DNA of 64,000 nucleotides, taken from NCBI RefSeq assembly GCF_009914755.1, contig NC_060926.1. One strand, given 5' to 3'. Within the stretch, counting starts at the first letter, position 1, and each line of letters opens with the position of its first letter. The position numbers were made by a program, and so were the translations under genes. Source of the DNA: the human T2T-CHM13v2.0 reference genome, Homo sapiens. Below the pieces are notes generated by a model. The model was not told the DNA's origin and made no database searches. It saw only the letters and a program-made list of their open reading frames with translations. Of this stretch, positions 57,230 to 64,000 are shown piece by piece.

Positions 57230-57590
57230 CCCTTGTTAGAATACGGCCTGGGACATAAAATCAGTGAAATCACGGTGACGTCATACTTGAGTAGAGTGAA
57301 CCTCCAATTCGATGACTGGTGTCCCTATATGAAGAGAACAGACAATGACACAGAGGAGGCGGCCAGGGGAACCGGCAGACATGGGAGTGCTGCGTCTCCA
57401 AGCCCGGGGACACCGGGGGTGCCAGAGGCCCCCGGAGCCCGGAAGAGGCAGGAGGCTCCTCCCCAGCAGCCTCCGAGGAGAGCTGACCCTGTCAGTGCTG
57501 CCAGCTCAGACTCCAGCCTCCAGAGCTGGCTGAGCATACAACCCTGTCACGTGAAGCCTCTTCGTTTGCGTCCTTTGCCTTGTAGCCCGT
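57230..57590 (+). mobile_element. MLT1-like LTR in AQP12B intron 2
   Basis: gatgactggtgtccctatatgaagag...gactccagcctccagagctg MaLR motifs. Confidence 0.6.
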
Positions 57591-59297
57591 GAAGCCACCA
57601 CAGGCCATGGTTGGGGCCTGAGAAACTCAGGACGAAACTGAGCTCCCACCCGGAACCCTGCCCAGGCCTCACCGACACTCAAGTGCAGGTCAGAACCAGG
57701 ACACTATTTCAGACACAGGAGGTCTGAAGTGTACCTGCCAGGTCCCCGTTCTCAGGAAGCTACTGTGAGACGGGCACCAGCAAAAAGAAGGAATCAACCG
57801 AAACAGGAGGCGATGAGGAAAGCAGGAAACAGAAATACAACCAGGATCAGTGAAGGGCAGCACCATACCGGAGATGGACGCCTGCGGGTAACCCGGAGCT
57901 GCGGATCCTCGGGGGAGACGCTGCCCACACAGAGCACTGGTGCTGAACTAAGGAAAGCACCCAGAAGCCTGGGCAGGAGAGAGTCCAGGACCTCGTCACC
58001 CGCAGGAAGCAAGGCCTGTGCAGGAGCGGAGAGGCCTCCGGGGCCACCACAGCTCACCCGGGCCGTGTTTCCATGCCAGGGAACTAGAGGGGGCTCTGGA
58101 GCTGATCAGGAGGAAGAGGCCGACCCACCCGGAGTGAAGGATCCGCAGGAGGAGCGTGGGGAGGCAAGGAAAGAACATCCGCCCCCCACATCCCAGGAGA
58201 CAGCCCAGGGTTGATACCTGAACTGAAGAGTCTCGGAGAAGCCCTGCAGGCCCAGTGTGTGGGGACAGAGAGGCCAACACGGAGCTGTTCCTAGCAGAGG
58301 GCAGTGCTGCCTCGGCAACGGGGGCAGGAGGGGGTTCCTGATGCACTTCATATGCTTCCTAGGACCCTGCACATGCCTGAGAGACTGTGACCACATCAGA
58401 ACCATGGCGACAAATCACGATGACGTCAGTGTCACCATCGCAGGGCCAGGTGCCTGAGAGACCCCCAGCTCCTGTCTTTCCCCCCAAGGGGAGGCTGAGG
58501 CATTGCCCCTGAGACCTCCCCAGTGTAGAGCCAGCAGAAGCTGAAAAAAGCTTCCAGAATTCCATAGGAACCCAGCTGCCCTTCTGGTACCTCAGTGAGG
58601 TGGAGCCGAGTGTCTGAGAGCAGGTGCAGGAGAAGGTGTGGGCTCCACCTGGGCCTCTGAAGCCAGGGGCCAGAATCCCCAGATCTAGGTCCAAGAGGGG
58701 GCTCCATGACCTCCCCATGCTGCTCCTCTGCTTGGATCCAGGATATAAGAAAGGAGGGGCACACACTGTGGGGGAACTCTGGGGTCCCCTGTGTGCATCA
58801 GCGAGTCCCGGGTCTGCCCCACCAGGATGCAAAGGGCCTGGCTGCTCCAGCCCCATGCTCACAGCCCTATAAGTGCACGATGGCACCCTATATCATCTAA
58901 GCGGGGCTCTCTGCCTCCTGAGGCTTTAGGGACACCAGAATGAGCCCCCCTCGGCGGAGTCTGGCTCTGGGTGTGTGGAGATGCCACCTGGGACGGGAAC
59001 CCCAGGTGCATGGAGCCCCACTGCAGACACCATCCCCCGTGTGCCCAGCACCCCTTGCAAGGTTGGCCTTTCCCCAGCCTGTGGCCTCCTTACCTGGCTG
59101 CAGCTTGCTCGGCACCGGGACGGTGTCCACAGTGAGACATGCTGTCACAGCCCCTACCCCCCAAACCATGCCCACTGCAGAGACCTCCCCAGGAGCACTG
59201 ACCAGGCACCCTCACCTCCACCCTGCAGGACCCCACGTGCCAGGATGCTCTGTGGGCCCCAGCAGCCCTAGGGACCCCACCCTGCCCCTGCCCTTAC

Positions 59298-59414
59298 CTG
59301 TCAGAGGGCCCAGCCAGTACACCTGCACGTACTCCAGTAAGGTGTGTCCCGAGCAGGCAAAGGTCACAGAGGCGGCCAGGGCAGGGTTGAAGAAGGCAGA
59401 CGTGAAGGGCCCGG
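59298..59414 (-). CDS. AQP12B: Aquaporin-12B exon 2 (117 bp), second NPA box
   Basis: ccacag|CC...G|gtaag; peptide AGPFTSAFFNPALAASVTFACSGHTLLEYVQVYWLGPLT with the superaquaporin NPA-x8-C signature. Confidence 0.95.
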
Positions 59415-59741
59415 CTGTGGGCAGAGCACAGACAGCCCTGGTCCCCAGCCCTGCCTGACGCCCCTCTGCAGGCCAGGACCTGATCCCCGCCACCGAATCC
59501 ACACCGAGAGCCCCACTGTGTGCAGGCCTGGGAGCTGCTCTCGGCTCCTGAAGCCCCGCCTGGTCCCCCGCACCGATGGACACACGATGCAGCAAGGCCG
59601 GGTCAGCCAAGGTCTGGGTCAGGGGCAGCAGCTTGGGGGCCCCCCAGGGCCGTCCAACACCCTCGCGACATCTCACCGGGATCCCGTGCCCCGCCCATGC
59701 TGCCCTCCAGCACCCCACCCTGTGGGATGTGGCCTTCGAGA

Positions 59742-59880
59742 AAGACGGACAGAGAGAGATGGAGAGAGAGACTAAGAGAGACAGATAGTGAGAGAGAGAC
59801 AAAAAGACACAGAGAGAGACAGGGAGACAGAGAGAGAGGAGAGACAGAGAGAGAGAGGAGAGACAGAGAGAGATCTCAGA
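59742..59880 (+). repeat. GA-rich (GAGA/GACA) microsatellite in AQP12B intron 1
   Basis: Directly visible. Confidence 0.9.
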
Positions 59881-61138
59881 AATAAACGAGCAGCAGCAGA
59901 GGAGAGAAGACGACATGGCTGTGCGATGTGAGACAAGGGAAGGCGGCGGCAGCCGGGCCGCTGTCCTGCAGCCCCAGGCCTGGGTGACCACCCCAAATAA
60001 CAGAATCCACCAATACCGGGGACCTGCCTCTGGGCACGGAAGAGCAGGGAGTGGGCCTAGCGGAGGGCAGGGACCACAGGGACATGGAGTCTGCGGCCGC
60101 CCAGGTGTAAACCAGGACCCTGAGGATGGGCAGCTCCGTCCCTGAGACCAGGCGCCCTGTGCCTCGTGGAGGCAGGACCCTTGACGGGAGCTCTCCGGTG
60201 CCACCCAGGACAGAGGCCCGGGCAATCTGCCACAGAGCCGTGTCCCTGCAGAGCTCCCGCTCACCCGTGCCTCAGTTTCCCCATCTGTACAGGGCTCTGG
60301 TGGCACCTTCCTGTGGCCTTTGTGGTCCAGGTTCCGTGGTGTCTGCCCAGTGCTGGGTCGTGGGCAGTGCCATGGACCTAAGTGCTGGTCCTGTCCTGAT
60401 TAGGACCTCGGACCCCCGGAAGGAGACCTGGCACCATTCTCCCTGCAGCCCTTCCTGTGGTGCCTGGAGCACGAGCCGGCTCCCCTGGCTCTCCCTGCAG
60501 CCCCAGCGCTGTGGACACCTGTCCTGGGAACTTGCTGAGCAAAGGCTTTCGTGGTGGTGGAGCCTAGCGCTCGGAGGGGAAAGCAGACATGGGGGACTGG
60601 ATCAGACGGAGGGTCTGAGTGGAGGGAGCTCACAAGGGGGTGATGGGACCATGAGAGCTGGGTGCCACGGTCGGCCCAGGTGCAGGCAGAGATTGCAGGA
60701 TGCAGGTGTCAGTAGGAGGCCAGGGAGGCCAACTGGGGCAGGTGAGACAGGACCTGTCGCTCTGGAAGGGGTGATAGAGGGTGCAGGGACTCCCACACCA
60801 GACCAGGAAACTGGGCTGGGCCTTGAATCGTCTGCCTCGGCTGTCCCTACTACCCCAGAGGCAGAACTTCTGGGAGGACCAAGAATAGCTGCGACTGGGG
60901 AGAGGTGCAGTGGGCAGGATGGCCCTGGCAGGGGACAGGCTGCTCCACCGCACCCCATGTCCAGCGCAGGCCCTCGTCTACCCGCCAGATCCCAGGAAAT
61001 CACCGCCTCTTCTTGTGGGTTTGTTGGCCACCCGGGCCAGCAGCCCCCTATCCTGGGTGCAAACGGGCCTGAGTGTGCATGGAGGCCACACAGGTGAGAG
61101 GTCCTCAGGGGCCCAGGGGAAGGGGAAGCAGTGCTCAC

Positions 61139-61745
61139 CCGTGTAGGCCGTGACGGTGACCAACAGAGCCACAGCGGGCCCGCTGTAGGCGGGAGGACTG
61201 TGCCGCAGGTGCAGGAGGGTCAGATGGAAACAAAAGGCGCAGGCGGCCTCCACAAGCGCCCCGTGGGGCACGGATGTGCGCAGGGCCGAGCTGCAGCTCT
61301 GGGCCATGAGGCTCTGCAGCAGGTGCAGGTCACTGAGCTCCCAGGCCCAGCAGAGGCGCGTCAGGGTGCAGGCGGCCTGCATGCCCAGCCCCTGTGCCGC
61401 CAGCTTCAGCAGCGTGCCAGGCAGAGACTCCTCGGCCATGAGGAACTCCTGCAGGGACACGGTGGGGTTGGCCGAGGCCCCGTCCAAGGTGACCCCGTGC
61501 GCCAGGAAGAGCAGGAAGAGCAGGGTGAGCAGCAGGTCAGGCCCAAAGTCCCCAGCCCAGGGCCCGAGCTCGACCAGCGTCCTCATCTCCAGGAAGCAGG
61601 CCCCGAGCTGCACCGCGCCCACCGCCTCCCGGGCGAAGACTTCATAGGCGCCCACTGGGAGCAGGGCCTTGGAGGCCTGCCTGGCTGCCTCACAGAGGGC
61701 GAAGGTGGCAAAGAAGAAGGAGAGGGACACGTTAAGACCTGCCAT
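61139..61745 (-). CDS. AQP12B: Aquaporin-12B exon 1 (coding part, 607 bp), first box NPT
   Basis: MAGLNVSLSFFFATF...ANPTVSL...VTAYT with donor G|gtgagc. The three exons total 924 nt, or 307 aa plus stop. The call of B over A rests on minus orientation facing GPR35 and the EES/LTRL residues. Confidence 0.92.
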
Positions 61746-61839
61746 CGGCCTGGGCCCCCCGAGATGCTGTGCCTGCAGGACACCTGAGGGGACAGAGCAG
61801 GAGCTGGCCGGTTCCCACAACCCAGAGGGCCCAGGCGTG

Positions 61840-61878
61840 TGGGAGAGGGCACCTGGGCCTCTGGGAACACCACAGCTG
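61840..61878 (-). promoter_or_regulatory. AQP12B: Tandem PTF1-type (E-box + RBPJ/TC-box) elements in the AQP12B proximal promoter
   Basis: The minus strand reads CAGCTG-tggtg-TTCCCA (61878-61862) and CAGGTG-ccct-CTCCCA (61855-61840); a GC box ccgccc lies at 61891. Confidence 0.6.
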
Positions 61879-64000
61879 CAGCCCCAGCTCCCGCCCCACT
61901 GGCTGCCACCCAGGTGCACAGCCAGGATGGCCACAGGGGCCCTGCCCCACAGCCTGGCATCATCCCGTCATGTGACACACCCGGATCCACTGGCCACGCT
62001 CGGCCAGCCCTGGGCGCTGGAGACTGGCCCAGCTCTTCAGAGCCTCCATCCGAGCTCCGCTCCTCCTACCTGCGCTCTTGGGTCCTGGACCCCAATACCT
62101 GCTCCCTGCACCTGGCCCCTCTTGAGTCAGGGTCTCCCAGATCCTGCACCCCCTCCAGGTCCCTGCCTGAACAAGGGCCCCCATTTCCGCCTCCCTGCAT
62201 GGATGCTGTGTCCCCATCTCAGTGAGGGCCCCAGGCTTATTGCACCTGCACTGTGTCCCCACTGGGGTGAGACCCCCACTGAACCTGCACTGTGTGTCCG
62301 CCTGGGAGGCCCCTCATGGCCCCTGCACCTGTTCTTTGACCCAGCCTAGGTGAAGCTCCCTCCTGCCTGCACCTGGAGATGTCTTCCCTTGAGTGAGTGC
62401 CCCCTGCTCCCTGCTCCTGGCTGTGTCCCCAGCTAGGCCAGGCCCCCTGCACGTGGCTGCGTCCCTGCCTATGGGAAGGTCCTCTCATTCTTGGCTCCCT
62501 GCACCTCCACTGTGTCCCCACCTCAGCAGGGACCCCCAAGCTTGTTGACCTGCCTGGGGTCCGGTCTGGGTGAGACCCTCCTCCACCTGCTCTGTGTCCC
62601 CTCTGGTCAAGAGTTGGCAGCAGCCCTTGCCCCAGCCCCACATTCCCTGCCCTGTACTGCCCTCACCTGCCCTCAGGAGAACTCAGGACCACGCCTCACA
62701 TCAACGTCCCTCCCACCTTCCCGCCCCGAAAGCGCTTTCCAGAGATGAAAACCGAAAGTGCCATCGCCATTCACTTGAATTTCCTGCAGAGGGGCCAGCT
62801 ACCCACAGCTGCGTGGAGAAGGCGCTGAGCCTGGGCGTCTGCAGTGGGAGATAGCTGGGCTGGGACCATCCAGAGCTCCGGACCCCGAGGGGATGGGACA
62901 TGAGCCCTGTGGGCCCTGCGATGGGCCGTCTGTCACCCTGCAGCATGGATCCTGTCCACTGGGTCTGCACCCAAGCACTGGGACACCAGCCATGGCCATA
63001 CGGGGTACAGCACGTGGGACCTGCTGGATGTCCCCCTCACAGCCCTTTCCTTCTCCCCTAGGACTGACTCCAGCACCCGAGGCCCTTCCCCCAACCTGGC
63101 CCAAAGCTCCCCTTTCTCTGAGACTTAGATTTCCTTTTGTTTTTGGAAACCCAGTTGGGTCCCACCTGGCGTCCCCCTGGCACAGCTGGGGAGACTGAGA
63201 CCAGGAGGGAATGGACCTGCCTGAGGGCACAGAGGAGGCAGCAGCTCGCAAAACAAGGGGCGATTTTGTTTCAGTTTTGACCTTTCCAGTTCTGGGGTTC
63301 AGAATTTCCTCCAGTTAGGGAAGGTGTCTGGTCGCCTCCAAGGAGGAGGGGAGGCCCCAGGCTCTTCGACTCCCACAGGAAGATCGCCTGTCCCCCTCCC
63401 CAACCCGTCCACTGACCTCTCCCCAGAAGGCAGAGAAACCCTGGTTCCAGTAGGGCTGTGGCTGCCTTCGGTTGCCTGTTCCCTGTGCAAGTGCCCTGCC
63501 CTCTCAGAGTAGCAGAGGAACCTTCTGGAAGCCATAGAAGCCTGGCCTCTGCACAGGGAAAAGCCAGGTTTTCCCTTGTGGGATCCTGTGGAGAATGAGC
63601 TCAGACGGATTCCTCATATTCTAATCCGACACCACTGGAGACCTTGACTCCTCCTTCCAGAACGGGAACCCCCTTGTCCAGCGTCACGGATACCGGGCCC
63701 CACAGTCTCCCTGCCTCTGCATTGACCCTCCACGGAGCTCACAGCAGGGAGGGTCTGCGTGGTCCACCTCTACCCCACGCACAGGCAAACCTGAGAAGGA
63801 ACGTTTAATCACCATTCACAGCCCTTGCTTCTTTCTAGAGAAATAAAACAAACTTACACCAGAATATGAAAACAACGTGAAACACACAAAAGTTAAGTGT
63901 GAGCCCGTGCACTGTGACAGGTGTCAGCAGCGTGAGTCTCGCCAGCGTCAGGAGCTGGAACGTCTTCATCATCCCCGAGTCCTCTGGTCCTCCCTGCCCT

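Noticed and set aside
59212-61097. Long intronic ORFs (364 aa minus, 323 aa plus) in AQP12B
   Set aside because: They have GC-rich, low-complexity composition and cross a GA microsatellite. Only the exon 2 portion is recognisable.
60978-61934. 318-aa single-exon ORF with an upstream ATG at 61934 as the AQP12B product
   Set aside because: It reads through the exon 1 donor and lacks the second NPA box. The upstream ATG lies 5' of the proximal promoter elements.

Overview
Human (or very close primate) GC-rich genomic DNA that I recognise as the 2q37.3 GPR35-AQP12B interval. It holds the complete single-exon GPR35 CDS (+, 8182-9111, 309 aa) and the complete three-exon AQP12B superaquaporin (-, 61745-55491, 307 aa). 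Between them lie several large tandem repeats, a full-length THE1 retroelement inserted into an old 16-bp tandem array, and a dense ERV/L1/Alu block (about 27-51 kb). The most notable non-obvious element is a decayed galactose-3-O-sulfotransferase (GAL3ST2-like) catalytic exon at about 51315-52060. It keeps its splice acceptor, lies in a CpG island, and sits just downstream of a 3'-truncated HERV-K LTR5, which suggests a lost gene whose 5' exons were deleted. There is no CRISPR, rRNA or tRNA. Repeat subfamily calls, reference-protein comparisons and variant names come from memory of consensus sequences, not from a search.
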